This document shows positions 12,435 through 30,289 of a stretch of DNA of 64,000 nt, in pieces. Origin of the DNA: the human T2T-CHM13v2.0 reference genome, Homo sapiens; assembly GCF_009914755.1 (NCBI RefSeq), contig NC_060933.1, one strand, 5' to 3'. Within the stretch, counting starts at the first letter, position 1. Each line of letters opens with the position of its first letter. The notes under the pieces are model-generated. The model searched no databases, was not told the origin of the DNA, and was given only the letters and a program-made list of their open reading frames with translations. Both the position numbers and the translations under genes were made by a program.

Positions 12435-12870
12435 TAGTTAAGTTTCTCTTGAAGCAGATCCCCAGATGCAGTTGCTTGTGCAGCTGGTTTATGAAGCCGT
12501 GTGCTCAGGAGAGACCTGTGAGGGAGTGAGCCAAGAAAGGTAAAGAAGTGGAATAAATTAGGCAATTATTCAGTTGAAGTTCAATTAAAGTCTAGCCTCA
12601 GTCTGATCCTACAAGGAGCTCTGGAATGTAAGTAACCGTACAGAGTAGTCCCACCTTAAGGCATGGGGGCAGAAATTTGTACCCCAGAATCTATCTCTGG
12701 TGGGCCGTTGACTGCCCCTGAAGTAGAAGACATAATCTCACAGGTATGTTCCAGTGGGAGGTAGCTTACTTTGTGGAGACCTGTTACCTGGACAAGGTTT
12801 TGAGCTGTTGCAGCCAACCCTCACAGAAGGAGAGAGAGTGGGGATGCCAGCCAGGTACAATAAATCAAAC
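12435..12870 (-). mobile_element. ERVL LTR (LTR16-like), diverged
   Basis: gaagcagatccccagatgcag...tgctcaggagagacctgtgagggagtgag...ctgatcctacaaggagctctggaatg resembles reverse LTR16 family; recalled, not searched. Confidence 0.45.
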
Positions 12871-14894
12871 CAAGGCATCAGTAGCATGTACTACAGAACC
12901 TGGTTCCATAATGTTGATCTTCACTTCTAAGCTACCATGAAGAACAGAGGATTTTTGTCAAACAGGCTGGATTTTTATCCTGTTCTGCCACTTCCTAGCC
13001 TAGTGGCTTTGGGAAAATTGCTTCTATGTTCTAAGTCTAATTTATCATAATCTATAAAATGGAAGTCTTAATACTACTGGTCCCATGGGATTATTATGTT
13101 GACCAAATGAGAATGTATGTGAATGCATTTTATAAGCTAAAACAGAACATGAATGGTATATGTGGGGTTGTTATTGCCATGTCTAACTTTCCAGGCTCAG
13201 GGGCTTCCAGGGGGTGGTGGCCCATGAATCTATGGAAGCCCTGGTCCAGATGACACTTATGATGAACATAAGTATAAGGTCACTGGTGTCAAAATAGGAG
13301 ATAAAAGGGATACAGACAAAACAGAACTTGAATGGAAGATGATTGACCATCTAGGCTGTCTCATGATCCTGCTGAATATTGATAATCTTAATTAACACTT
13401 TCAAAGACTGAGGGTCAGGAAAAGTAATGTACCTAAGTTGCACAACCAGAAAATGGCATACCTAGGACTCTGCCTCAGGTCATTTGAAGCCTAATTTCAC
13501 AGTATTTTTCAGTTATACCATACAGCTCTTCTGCCTTCAATATTGGTAAATCCCAGTGATTTTTTTTCAAAGGCATCTCCTGTTCTCTCCATCCCAGGGA
13601 TAATGTTCCCTCTCCTGTATCAAGACGTTCCCATCCTGACCATCTTGTGCCCTGGCCTTTTCTCCTGAATCCTGGATTGCAACTAATAATCACAAAGTCT
13701 GAATGTAGCATAGAGAACCATTTCTATTTCTGATTTCTGTTTGGCTCACAACCAGCACTTAGCCCCAAGAGGCATTTGGAGCCTTATCTGAAGCTTAAAA
13801 AGGCAGCAAGTTCACCTTAACAACATACTCAGTGGAAGTTGGTGTGGAAAACTGGCTTCAGTTTCAATAGTTGCACAGCACTGAAGTCTTAATGGAGGAC
13901 CATAAAGCCAGTTGATGTAGAAACTATGGATTTTGGTAGCAAAGGAGACATAGATAACTGAACAAAACTGGGGTTCTGTTAGGAAGAATGAAGACAATAG
14001 ATAATGGATTCGCACTTGGCAATGTAAACAACAGATAATGAAGATGATGTTATATCTTAATCCTCCTATTAATTGTTTAGAACACTTAGAAGAGGAAGAA
14101 TATAAGTTCTGTAAGTAGCACCCACAAATCCCCCACACCAACTTACAGAGATCTCTTTCTTCCTAATGAGAGTGAATGTGTCCTAAAGCTTGAGGCCATG
14201 GAAGCAAATGTGGAACCACCTTGCTGGGAAATTTCCATATGGCGTGAGATCCCCTGTGAGTAATTCTGCAAGTATTGTAAACATTTCTTTGGCAAAGGGA
14301 AGATAATAAGCTTCTTTCCATAGCCTGGTGAGGGAGCACAGGTTTTGAATCAGGCAAATATTTGAATTCTTGCCCAGTAATTTTTAATCACATTAGGTTA
14401 TTCTACACTTCACCCTCAGTTAGCTCACTTATAAGAAGGGGATCATAATTCCTACTATAGAGTTTTTTGGTGATTCAGTGAGGTAAAATATGAAAAAAAA
14501 TTTCTTGATCCTTTTATGCTGATAGGATGATAATACTGTCAGTTCTTTTTTATTGTAGGCATGAGAATGGGGTGAGCATTGTGGGCACCACTGGTTAGTA
14601 CGTAGGAGAAATGCTACCCACCTTAAATACCTAAGATTTTATTGCAGGTCCCCAGCGGTAACACAGGATGGGCAAAAGAAAACTGAGGTTTGAGGCAAAG
14701 TCAATTCTGTTATGATTTTGCTGTGAGATCTGGGAACAATTAATTGACCTCAAAATTTCATCATCTCAGCCATGTTATTTACTTCTTGGCTTTACAAAAT
14801 AATATGTGAAGACATCCAATGAGAAAATTTCCAAGTGCTTTGAGCTTTCACATGGTCTTTACACTGAAACAGACATCATATAAAAATATATGCA

Positions 14895-15185
<291 letters not shown>

Positions 15186-15999
15186 TTAGAGTCATTTGAC
15201 ACATGACATATTATTTTGGAAAAAAAAGATATTTTGACCCTGGGCAAATTTTTTTTTATTTCCATTACACAACTGGCTTAATTATTTTAAAATTCATCTT
15301 CTTAAGGGATTTTCCTCTAGAGACCATTGCCATGCTTGGAGTGACAGCAATACTTATTTTAGTTTCTTCCAGGCATACTTAACTGACTCTCCAAATCAAA
15401 CTTTTGGTGTGGCAGCTCCAAAGAAACTCTCCTTACAAAGCATTTTAAATAGCATTTGTGAAAATCTCTTCTCTCTGAAAGTCAAAATGTTCTGCATAAA
15501 CAGTAAAACAAAATGGAGGCATGGTCTATTAAACAAACAACAGTGATAGACTCCAATATTTCACAATATTACTACTTGCTTAATAGGGTGCAAGCAACTT
15601 AAAAAATATCTGAAGTCGTTTCCTAATTATTTCCATTAACTGTTCAAATTTGAGCTTTTTCACGATGTTGGTTATGAACAGTAAAAGTAAATCAAGTGAT
15701 ACTAATAATAATTTTCAATTAAAAAACACAAGATAGAAATGAGCTGCTGGCTCAGCCCACTTATTTGAGAAGATAGACTCCCTTTCCGTTAAGGCAAGAC
15801 CTACTTAAATAAATGGGGGTAATTTTATTCTTGAATATAAAGGCGAGTTTTCCCAAGACTCAAAAATTTCCAGGCTGGACTTTCTCAGTACTGACCTCTT
15901 GTCCCGGCCTCCTTGTTCCTTTATTCCTTCCCTATTGAACCCTCACCATTTTTGTGTGTGTGTGATTTTTGGGCTTTGCAGGGGGAAAATCAAAGGTAG

Positions 16000-16751
<752 letters not shown>

Positions 16752-17081
16752 GTAGGTTAGGAAGAGGGAGGGAATTGCTTTCAGCAAAGTAGGCATTCCA
16801 GAACAGTATGTGCTCAGAGCTCAGGAATGAATAAATCCCCCAGAAGGGAAAACTGAATATTCCTGGTCCAGTATTATTCCTCTATATGTAAAGAAGAAAA
16901 ATTGGCAGGACAAACAGGGAAAAGCTGTCTGGCACCTATTTTTTAGCCAGGCTATGCCTTTTGGAGTTGCTTTCTTCAAATGTCTATCTGCTTCTTGAAT
17001 TCAACTAAGGGAGAAAGGGCCATGGAGATATTTTGTACCAAGGCTTGAAAGCCAATGATTACAGGCTCATTAAGGGTTCCA

Positions 17082-21221
<4,140 letters not shown>

Positions 21222-21729
21222 TAAGGGTTCCAGTATATTATCATACCAAGCCTACAAAATTTAGGGGCCATTGTTGAGATTTCAGTGTTAAGCTTCCATG
21301 TTTTTGCATAGTCTAGAAATGCCCTTAAATATATATCTGCATATTGGATACAATTTTATATAATTTATGTAATTACTATAATGTAAAATTATACATGCAT
21401 ATGAAAAGTAATGATAAGGCAGGTACCAAAATGATGATAAATGTTTTGTTTGTTGAAAATGGAAGAAAAAATTTCACATTTTCCCCCAGTTACTCAATTT
21501 TTAACAATATTTTATAATAAAAAGAACTAGGAAGACAAATATATATGAATGTCTGAAGAATAAAGTCTAAAGGTGAGATGAGCTGCATCTTAGCTCCACA
21601 CGGCTTAGCTCACAAGAAAACAGAGTCAACATTTGGCAGAATATTCAGCGAACATAAAAACTGTAGTAGGAACCCACCAGGGGTTAAAATCGTACTGAGG
21701 GTGTATGATGTCACTATCCTTTCTTCCTA

Positions 21730-21955
21730 TACTGGGAAGGGTGGCTATAGTTTACAGCAATATATTGTACATTTCTAAATAACTGAAGGGGAGTACCTGA
21801 ATGTTTGTAGTATAAAGAAAAGATAAATATTTAAGGTGATGAGTATCTCAATTACCTTGATTTGATCTTTACACATTATATAAATATATAAAATTATCAC
21901 ACACCCTGAAAATATGTACACCCATTATGTATCAATAAAGAATAAATTTTTAAAA
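21730..21955 (+). mobile_element. L1MA-type 3' end fragment
   Basis: gataaatatttaaggtgatgagtatctcaattaccttgatttgatctttacacatt...aaatatgtaca...tatgtatcaataaa. Confidence 0.75.
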
Positions 21956-22559
21956 AGATATTGATGTTGTAGAAGCAAGACCATTGGAAATCTGAATTCT
22001 TGTCCTGAGTTCTAGCAAGTCTTCTCAACCTGGCTCAGTGCTAGGTCACTTAAGAGTAAAGATACAAACAGACTAAATCCAGTATCTAAATGATCTTACT
22101 CTACTTAATTCAGAATGACTCACACTTCTCAGGGGATCTTGATCTGTAAAATGCCTGAATAATAACCTAATTTCAATTTTACAGCATTTTTGTTTTTGTC
22201 TAATCTACTTAGGATCACGAATTTCTTAAAACGTAACTGCTGCTTGGTTGAACTTCATTGTACTCAGGGAAGGCAAATATTTGCCATCATCACCCTTACT
22301 TCAAACATAGCATCATTGCTTGTTTATTTCAGCATATTTTCCAAGTAAGTCTGGATTCTACCCAAAATCCTTTTTGACTTTGAAAAGATTGGAAACGCCA
22401 AGCAGGTCCATCCCAGTCCTCCAAACCCTTTCTGCAACTAATTTCTCACACAAGCAGTTCTATCCTGAAAAAAGGAGGTATGCAGTAACAAAATATGAGC
22501 ACATATTTTTACAGCATTCCAGGGGGTAGTGTTATTTTCCACCAAGACACATGTTTTGA

Positions 22560-23160
22560 TCTTCATGGTTTAGCATGTAATTTATCTCACATATTCAGAG
22601 ATCATCTGCATTGATGATTAAATGACAAGTGGTCTGCTGTATTTCTTTGGATGAAGAAAAGAAATTTGCAGTCAATATTCTAAAAGCGCAGCCAACTATT
22701 TGGTCTGTAAAGCAATGTGGACCATTGAGTACGTGCACAGTTTAAAAAATTCCATCCTCTGAAATCTTAGTTGAAAATATCGGAGTTGAGTTGCAATGAG
22801 CCTCATCTGAACAGAGAAAGCCCCCAACCTCACTAATAAAAGTTTCAGATTTTTTGATTGAATGCCATTTGAAATTACCTTCATCACGTTAACGTGCAGT
22901 AGGTAGTATGCAGTCGGGTTGCCTCTCGACATGACCCTATTAGAGATTGCCACTTGTAAGGAAATCTATTCAAAAGCAGAGGCTGTATTAAGCTGGATAC
23001 CAGGTCAAATGACACTATTTGGGGGAAAAATGGAGAGGTACTTCAGCCTAACGATTTGTGAAAAGTTAAGTAACAACAAATTCCATGAATATGAAATTGT
23101 GGAAAGAATGCTCTCATCACAGCTTTTATCCCTCAGCACTCTATGCAGACGGTAGCCAGG
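22560..23160. promoter_or_regulatory. Candidate enhancer-like non-repeat block
   Basis: About nine retained CpGs in AT-rich context; tgattaaatgac, tacgtgcacag (22730-22740) and the perfect palindrome cacgttaacgtg (22885-22896). Confidence 0.3.
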
Positions 23161-23559
23161 AGGAATTAGAAATGGCACCTGCTGGTATGCCTGTCTCTCT
23201 CTGAAATGATGCTTTTTCAGACTATGATTTTAGAGCTTGTGAGATGGAAAGGGAAAAATTCAGTTTGGGGTTCTCAAAGTTCTTTTCAGTAAAACGGGAA
23301 GGTAGGAAGCGCAATATGAGTATTCTGACATTTCCTGCCTATTTTTGCTTTCAAGAACCTTTGTATATTCATGTGGTTGGCTGTAGAGAACTTTGACAGT
23401 TTTAGTTGGAAGCTTTGGAAATATCAGGGAGAAGCAAACTCAGTTTCTGCATTAATAAGTGGTGGAAATAGATCTGGGATTCTATACTAACTTATATTTG
23501 TTTTTTGGAATTTTAATTTTTATAAACACTTCACTGGAATATAATAAAATATATGTTGA

Positions 23560-24250
23560 TATAGTGAAATATATAATACAATGTAAAGTATTATACAGAG
23601 AAGTATGTCTATCATAAATGTACAACTCACTGAATTTTTACAAACTGAACACACACCTGAGTAAAAGCCCTAAGATCAAGAAGTAAAACCCGTATGCCTC
23701 TCTCATGACCCCTTTCAGCCTCTAGTCACTCTCCTGTCTTCTAGATTTGTTTTGCCTTTTGTGCAGTTTGCAAATAGGGAATTATACTATTAGTGCTCAT
23801 TTGAGTCTGGCATCCCAGACTGAACATCATGTTTATAAGGTCCACTCATAACTATTATATTTCAGTTTAATTCATTCATCCTCACTGTTGAATGTTTTTT
23901 CATTATGGGAACTTAGGCTGTTTTTTTTTGTTTTTGTTTTTTTTTTATGGGAACTTAGGCTGTTTTTCACTACTATGAGTAATGTTATTTTGAACACTCA
24001 CGTGTGGATCATTTGAAGAAACATACATACATATTTTGGGTGGGTACATACTTTGGAGTGGAATTGCTGGGTCAAAGGGTTTGGAAAAGTTCATCTTGAG
24101 TAAACATTCCCAAACAGATATCCAGAGTGGTGGTTATTTCCACCCCTGCCAGCACTAAATGAAGTTCCAGTTGTTTTACATCTCACCAGATTCATATGCC
24201 CCTCCTTTGCCTTTGTATCATTCTGGTGGGTGTGTAGCTGCTGGCAATTT
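23560..24250 (-). mobile_element. Old L1 (L1ME-type) 3' fragment
   Basis: tgaatttttacaaactgaacacacc...gagtggaattgctgggtca...tccagagtggt...gttccagttg. Confidence 0.65.
23903..23967 (-). mobile_element. Poly(A)-only retroposon insertion with TSD
   Basis: ttatgggaacttaggctgttttt occurs at 23903-23925 and 23945-23967, separated only by a T-rich tract. Confidence 0.65.
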
Positions 24251-26060
24251 TTGAGGTCCTTGAGAACATTGTTGTTTCCTTGTTTACCTCGACGTTCAGA
24301 GCACTGAGCACAATGATGGCTTTTGATTAGGTTTCCAGATTACTTTCAGGCGTAATAGCACAAATGGATCAGTGAGCAGAGGTATAGTAGAAACAAAACT
24401 AAGGTGTACCTTGAGTCTGGAAGTCTGATCCTTAGGGGAAGGAACTCGATGGCACTCTGGTAAGCTTCCCTTCAGTGGCTTTTGTTGGGCATACATGGAT
24501 TCTAGAAGACCTTCTATTATGACATATAGCATGAAAATTGTTTCAGACCATAAAAGTTTTTTCTCACTGCCTATGTGTATAGAATTTTATATTATAGTTG
24601 CTTAAATCTTATAATATCAACCCAGATGTGCAAAAAGGCAATTTTCTCTACTAGTCTATATTTGCTCTCAACATGTACACTGTTGTTGAAAGTTAAACTG
24701 TTTCCACTATCTGTTTAGTTTTAAACCCCTGTCTCTTTTGTGTAAATGTTCAGTTAATTTAAAAACTTGCCCCTCCATTTCAGCATTTTTCTTTGTCCCA
24801 AGACATGATCAGTTTCCTCACAGGGCATTGAAAGCGTAGGGTCTGGTTGCTTCTTGGGTTGCCTCTGACCCCAGTAGCTTCCAGGGCAGGATGGCTTGAT
24901 CTGCCTGAACTCTGCTGTGGCTCTGGCTGTGAGGCCCATATGCTCTGCATTTTGTTGTTCAAACCCAGGACTTTCCTAGTTGATGGTCCTCGGAGCCCCT
25001 TATCTGGAGGGTCAGGATTCTCAGCTACTGTCCTGTGCATCTCTGGGGTATGAAGGACTTTCTGGAGTTTCTTTCCCTTCAAGAGAATCTGCTGGAACAC
25101 TTGCTTCAGTCATTATCAAGTTGCTCCCTGTACATTCAGTTGCCTCCAGCACTATGCACATCTCAGGGATTTGCTCGCAGATATGAAATCTGCCTGAGAT
25201 AAGCTTTGGGGAAATCAGCAGTAACTCCACTGTTCTGGGATGTCTCATACCCACACTGGATTTCTCTCTCATTTCGCCATCTTTGATTTATGGGTCTAAG
25301 AAGAGTTTGGGTAAGGAACTGATCTGTGGCTCATAATACAAGCACGAGTTGCTTTATTTCAGCCTCCCCACTGAAGTTTTCTTTTGAAGTCTACCGGTTG
25401 AGCACTTATTACCTTTTGGGGTGGGGGAGATAATTTTTCCATTCACTGTGCACTCTTCTGTATGGTTTCTAGTGTGCACTGTCTGCTCAGTATTCTAAGC
25501 TTGGTTATTGATATTTAATACCATCTTTGGAAACTCTGAGAAACCATCAGTCCTCCTTTTTTCTCAGTAAAGTCCAGCTATTACCCAGATGACGTGTATA
25601 CTCTTCACACTTTATCTGCTATGGTTTTAAGAAATATATTTAAGAACTGAACTTGGATTTTGGTCCTTGGTGGTGTCTGCCCTCCCTCAGAGGACAATAC
25701 TTATATGAAGCTAACATCACTGCTTGAATGGGAAGGAGAAAGATAGGAGTGAAGGCAATGGAAACACACAGCTTTATAGCAAAGCATTATCTCTATTACC
25801 TTATGTAGCTGCTTTCAGTGTGTGTATTTAGGAGGTGAAACTTGAAGAAATCAGAGGATTTGTTTGCCCAAGGAAGGTTTTTAACATCACCATGTTACAA
25901 TCTCTCTTCATTTTTCTTAAGAATATAAAAATAACAAACTGAGTATTAAGCAAGTTTGCTAAGATATTTGGGCCTCTTTCCAAGAAGATAAATTATACAT
26001 AATATAATAAGAGAAAAGAAAATGTCATGTTGGTGAAACTTCCATGAAAATTCTCATTTT

Positions 26061-26089
26061 GCAAAAAAAAAAAAAAAAAAAAAAAATTG

Positions 26090-26120
<31 letters not shown>
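26061..26120. repeat. Head-to-head A24 / T29 homopolymer inverted repeat
   Basis: gc-A24-ttg-T29-gc read directly. Confidence 0.9.
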
Positions 26121-26755
26121 CAGATCCCCAAATGAGGTAATAATATCGTGGCTGGATGTGGCAGTTCATGCCCCAGAGGAGGTAATACAATGGTTTAGAA
26201 TATCTTCTCCTTTTTGAAGCAGCCTCCTTGTTATGCCAGGAAGTTAGTCTAAAACTAGCCCCTTCATTGTTCACATACAGAGTCAAGTGAGGAAAGTAAG
26301 CCTACATTTCCTACTTTGTTTGGATGTTAGAAGGAATTCTCTTTCAGCAGAAAGCTGTCATGCAGGACTAACAAAAACCATTTTGATTGGTCGCTTTTTT
26401 CTTGAGGTTCTAAAATTTCCATCTCATTATGATCAAAGAATGCAACTACGTTTGAGTATATCTTGACAAAGGATGGCAGTCCTAATTTTGAATTTTCTGT
26501 ATTCTAGCTGTGGATTAAACCCACTTATCTATAGAGCTTTTCTTGCACTTCATAAGTGTGAAGACCCTTCTGAATGGGTATCACAAGAATTTTTTGGAGA
26601 TATTTACCAGACATTTACCAGAAATACTTTCACTCACTTAGCCCAAAGCTACATGTTCATTTATCCAGTTATTCTTTCATTCATTTTATGTATTCTCTAC
26701 ACATTATGTGAGCACATGAGAATATAGAGATGAATAAAACATGATCTCTCTGATC

Positions 26756-27066
26756 TTTTTTGTTTGTTTTTTGTTTTTGTTTTTTTTTGAGATGGAATCT
26801 TGCTCTGTTGCCAGGCTGGAGTGCAGTGAGCAATCTCAGCCCACTGCAACCTCTCCCTCCTGGTTTCAAGCGATTCCCCTGCCTCAGCCTCCTGAGTAGC
26901 TGGGACTACAGGCGCTCGCCACCACGCCCAGCTAATTTTTGTATTTTTAGTAGAGACGGGGTTTCACCATGTTGGTCAGGCTGGTCTTGATCTCTTGACC
27001 TCGTGACCTGCCCACCTCGGCCTCCCAAAGTGCTGGGATTACAGGCGAGAGCCACTGTGCCTGGCC
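26756..27066 (-). mobile_element. AluSc-like, full length, inside L2
   Basis: ctctgttgccaggctgg and tctcttgacctcgtga are Sc-type features; imperfect TSD around ctgatctt. Confidence 0.93.
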
Positions 27067-27069
27067 CAA

Positions 27070-28480
27070 TCCCTGATCTTAAGGAGGCCACTGTCTAGTG
27101 GTAAAGGTAGCCATGTAAACACGAAGTACAATAAAGTGTTTCTGGGGCTGGGGTAGATGAAGTACAATAAGGCAAAAATGTGAGAGTAGTTTTCCATGCT
27201 GGATGTGATTAAATATTTTTTATTTAAAAAATTGCATAATTGGGGTTAGAAATAGAAGTAGATATACAAAAGGTGAGTAATGCAGAAGAGATATTCCCAT
27301 CAGGAAATGAAACAGACACTGAAGTATGGAACCACGGAATCACATAACATTCTAGAGACCTGTGACTAGGGTGAGAGTGTAGCGTACAAGAGCTGGAAGC
27401 ATGAGAAGAGTGGTAGAGGTTCAGACGGTCAGATGGTGGAGGTGTTGGTGTGCCAAGCTAAGGAGATATTTTAGCCCCTAGCTGGAGATTGCAATGGAAG
27501 CAAGCATGCAATCACATTCTTCATCCGCATGCACAGCCTGCATGTCAATCATTATGGCATTCTTCTTGCCAAGTCCAATGGTGTTCTCTGAATCCTCTGA
27601 GCATGGGTATCTTGGCACCACTACCAAGTGATGTTTGCATATCTGATGAAACTTGACATCACTGTTCTAAGAACTTGGGAGTCTTTGGAGGGTTTTAAGC
27701 TTGGATGTGGAGCTGCTAGTTATGAAGTTTAGACAGGAAAAAAAAACAAAACAAAACCAAACACCCCACTATTTTTGTGCTGTGGAGGGAAAACTAGAGG
27801 GAGGCAAACTAGCACCAAAGAGAATAGTTGCAACATGTGTTAGTTTGCTGGGGCTGCCATAGCAAAATACCAGAGTCTGGGTGGCTTACACTGAAATTTA
27901 TTTCTCACAGTTCTGACTGGAAGTTCGAGGCTAAGGTGTTGGCAGGTTTGGTTTCTCCTGAGGCCTCTCACCTTGGCTTACACATGCCCCCCTTCTTGCT
28001 GTGACCTCACATGTCCCTTTGTGTGTCCTAATATCTCCTTGTTAGGACATCAGTCATATTGAATTAGGGCCAACCTCAAAGACCTTATTTTAACTTAATT
28101 ACCTCTTTACAGGCCGTATTCCAAATACAGTCACATTCCAAGTACTAGGGGTTTGGGGCTTCAAAGTAGGAATTTGGGGGAAACACAATTAAGCCCATAA
28201 AAGGACACTATTAATTTCTTTTAATATTACAGAAATGGAATATGAGGCCTGCACAAAGGTCATGGCAGTGAGATGAAAAAAATGAATATGAGAAACTCAC
28301 TGGGTCTATATAATTTTGAGGTTTTCAGGTAGTGTAAGAAGAAATAAGTGATGCATTCGCTGAGACAGATAATTTTTGTTTGTGGTGAGGAGACATATTA
28401 TTAATTCAGCTTTAGCTAGATTGAGTTTTAGACACTGTAAGATTTTTGAGTTTATCTAGTGAGTAGTTGGCTATGTGAAT
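27070..28480 (+). mobile_element. L2 LINE fragments, interrupted
   Basis: gccaagctaaggag...ttggagggttttaagc, gaggcaaactag...tagttgca, tagattgagttttagacactgtaag. Confidence 0.5.
27836..28202 (-). mobile_element. MLT1A/B-type MaLR solo LTR
   Basis: tgtgttagtttgctggggctgccatagcaaaatacc...tttatttctcacagttctg...aaatacagtcacattc...acacaattaagcccataa. Confidence 0.85.
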
Positions 28481-29163
28481 GTGAAACTATGCAATACTTT
28501 AGCACTTATATTTAGTATTTTAAATAATTCCATTGAGTTTCTTCTTGTAAGTGGACATCAATCAATTATGCATAGAAAGAAAAGAGTTTCTTGGAGGATA
28601 AACAGTCACAAATCTTTATGATGTTTCGGAAAATATTTGCTTCTTCCAATTCTTGTTTCTTTCGAGAAGCTCTTGAAATGTCTTTGCCTCAGTTTCTCAT
28701 GATGTGTTTTATCAAAAATGCTTCAAATAAGTGTTGCATTGTTAGTAGAAACTATGTTGGAATGAATGAAACTAACATACAATGATGGGGGGTTTTGATA
28801 TCCGAGAAGTTTTTAAGATTTGACAAGCTAAACCTTTTGAAATAGCAAACATTAACAAAAGTCCTGACTGCTTGTTACAGATGGATGACTTTCCAAATGT
28901 GACTTTGGTAAAAAAAGCTGCATTTGAACTGCAAGAGAGAACAAGGGTCAAAGAAACAGCATTACTTCCAAGAAATAGGGATGGGGCTGGCAGAAAATCT
29001 CTGTTTCTCTGTTTTGTTCAAGGGCAAAGATACCTTATGCGATGAGTAATAATTGTAGCTAAGTGTGTAAGCTATTACAGAACGGTTGCAATGTGATTTT
29101 TGTATAAGTACTTCAGTGTTTATTAAATTTCTCCCATCTAGTTCATATACCTTCAGTTTACAT

Positions 29164-29392
29164 CAGTTGTTCTGAACAGGGGTGATTTTACCCCTGGGGG
29201 ACATTTGGCAATGTCTGAAGATTTTTTTTTTTTTTTTTGGTTGTCACAATGTGGGATTGGGGGTGGTTATTTCTGGTGTCTAGTAGATGGAGACCAGGGA
29301 TGCTGGTAAACATCCTATAATGTACAGGCAGCCCCTCACAACAAAGAATTATCCAGCCAAAATGTCAACAGTGCAGAGGTTGAGAAATCCTG
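29164..29392 (+). mobile_element. MER20 hAT-Charlie DNA transposon
   Basis: cagttgttctgaacaggggtgatttt...ggacatttggcaatgtctg...acaacaaagaattatccagccaaaatgtcaacagtgcagaggttgagaaatcctg. Confidence 0.9.
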
Positions 29393-29679
29393 GTATCTAA
29401 CAAAATAAGTGCCATTTGCTTTAAAAAGCAGAGAACCAATCTTATGAGTCGATTTTCAAGTTTGAATATAATTCTTCGCTAAACAATTACATGATGGGGT
29501 GGTAGTCGTGGTGGCACTGGTGGTGTGTGTGCATGTGTGTGCGTGTTTGTTTTTGCTTGGGAAGGTTGTTCTCTTTCATTAACTGCATTTCATACCTTAC
29601 ACTTCTGTGTTTAAATGGAATTAAGCTATATCAGTATTTTACTTTTAACCTTGTTTTTCACATATATAAATTGCTGGAC

Positions 29680-29905
29680 CTCACTATAACCTCGAGCTCC
29701 TGGGTTCAAGCAATCCTTCCACCTCAGCCTCCTGAGTAACTGGGACTACAGGTGTGAGCCACCATGCTCAGTTAATTTTTTGTCTGCGTGGAGATGGGAT
29801 CTCACTATGTTGTCCAGGCTGCTTTCAAACTCCTGGCCGAAAGCATTCCTCCCCGTCAGCCTCCCAAAGTGTTGGTATTATAGGCATGAGCCACAATACC
29901 TGGCT
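29680..29905 (-). mobile_element. AluJ, 3' end missing
   Basis: caagcaatccttccacctcagcc and gatctcactatgttgtccaggctg are J-type features; no poly-A. Confidence 0.85.
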
Positions 29906-30289
29906 ACAATCAGTGTTTTATAAGATGTAAGCAAATAACACAAGGGTTCCTGGGCATGTTTAGTAGGAAGTGGTAGGAGGTAAACATTTTTACTAAAACA
30001 TCTCCCATATATAGGAGCTATGCTTTCAGTAATGAACAAAAATTATAAATTCAACATTTTCCAACAACACTAAAAATAAAATTTCAGTCTATTAATATGC
30101 ACATCTTTGAGATAATTGGATCTATTTACCAAGATAACTTGAATTAATCCCCAGACATAGTTTGTAAAATTCTACCTTGAGTCTCTAAGTGCCTAGAAAA
30201 GAGACAGATTTTTTTACTGCAATATGAAAGAATTTCATCTTCTTCATTAACAGCAGCAATCTTAGAAGTAACACACAAGAATCCTAAGA

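Noticed and set aside
27478-27666. About 190-bp insert within L2 with a stop-free minus-strand frame of about 62 codons
   Set aside because: No protein similarity recognised; gcaagaagaatgcc...gattgac resembles an ERVL LTR fragment from memory. It needs a Dfam check, so it is not called.
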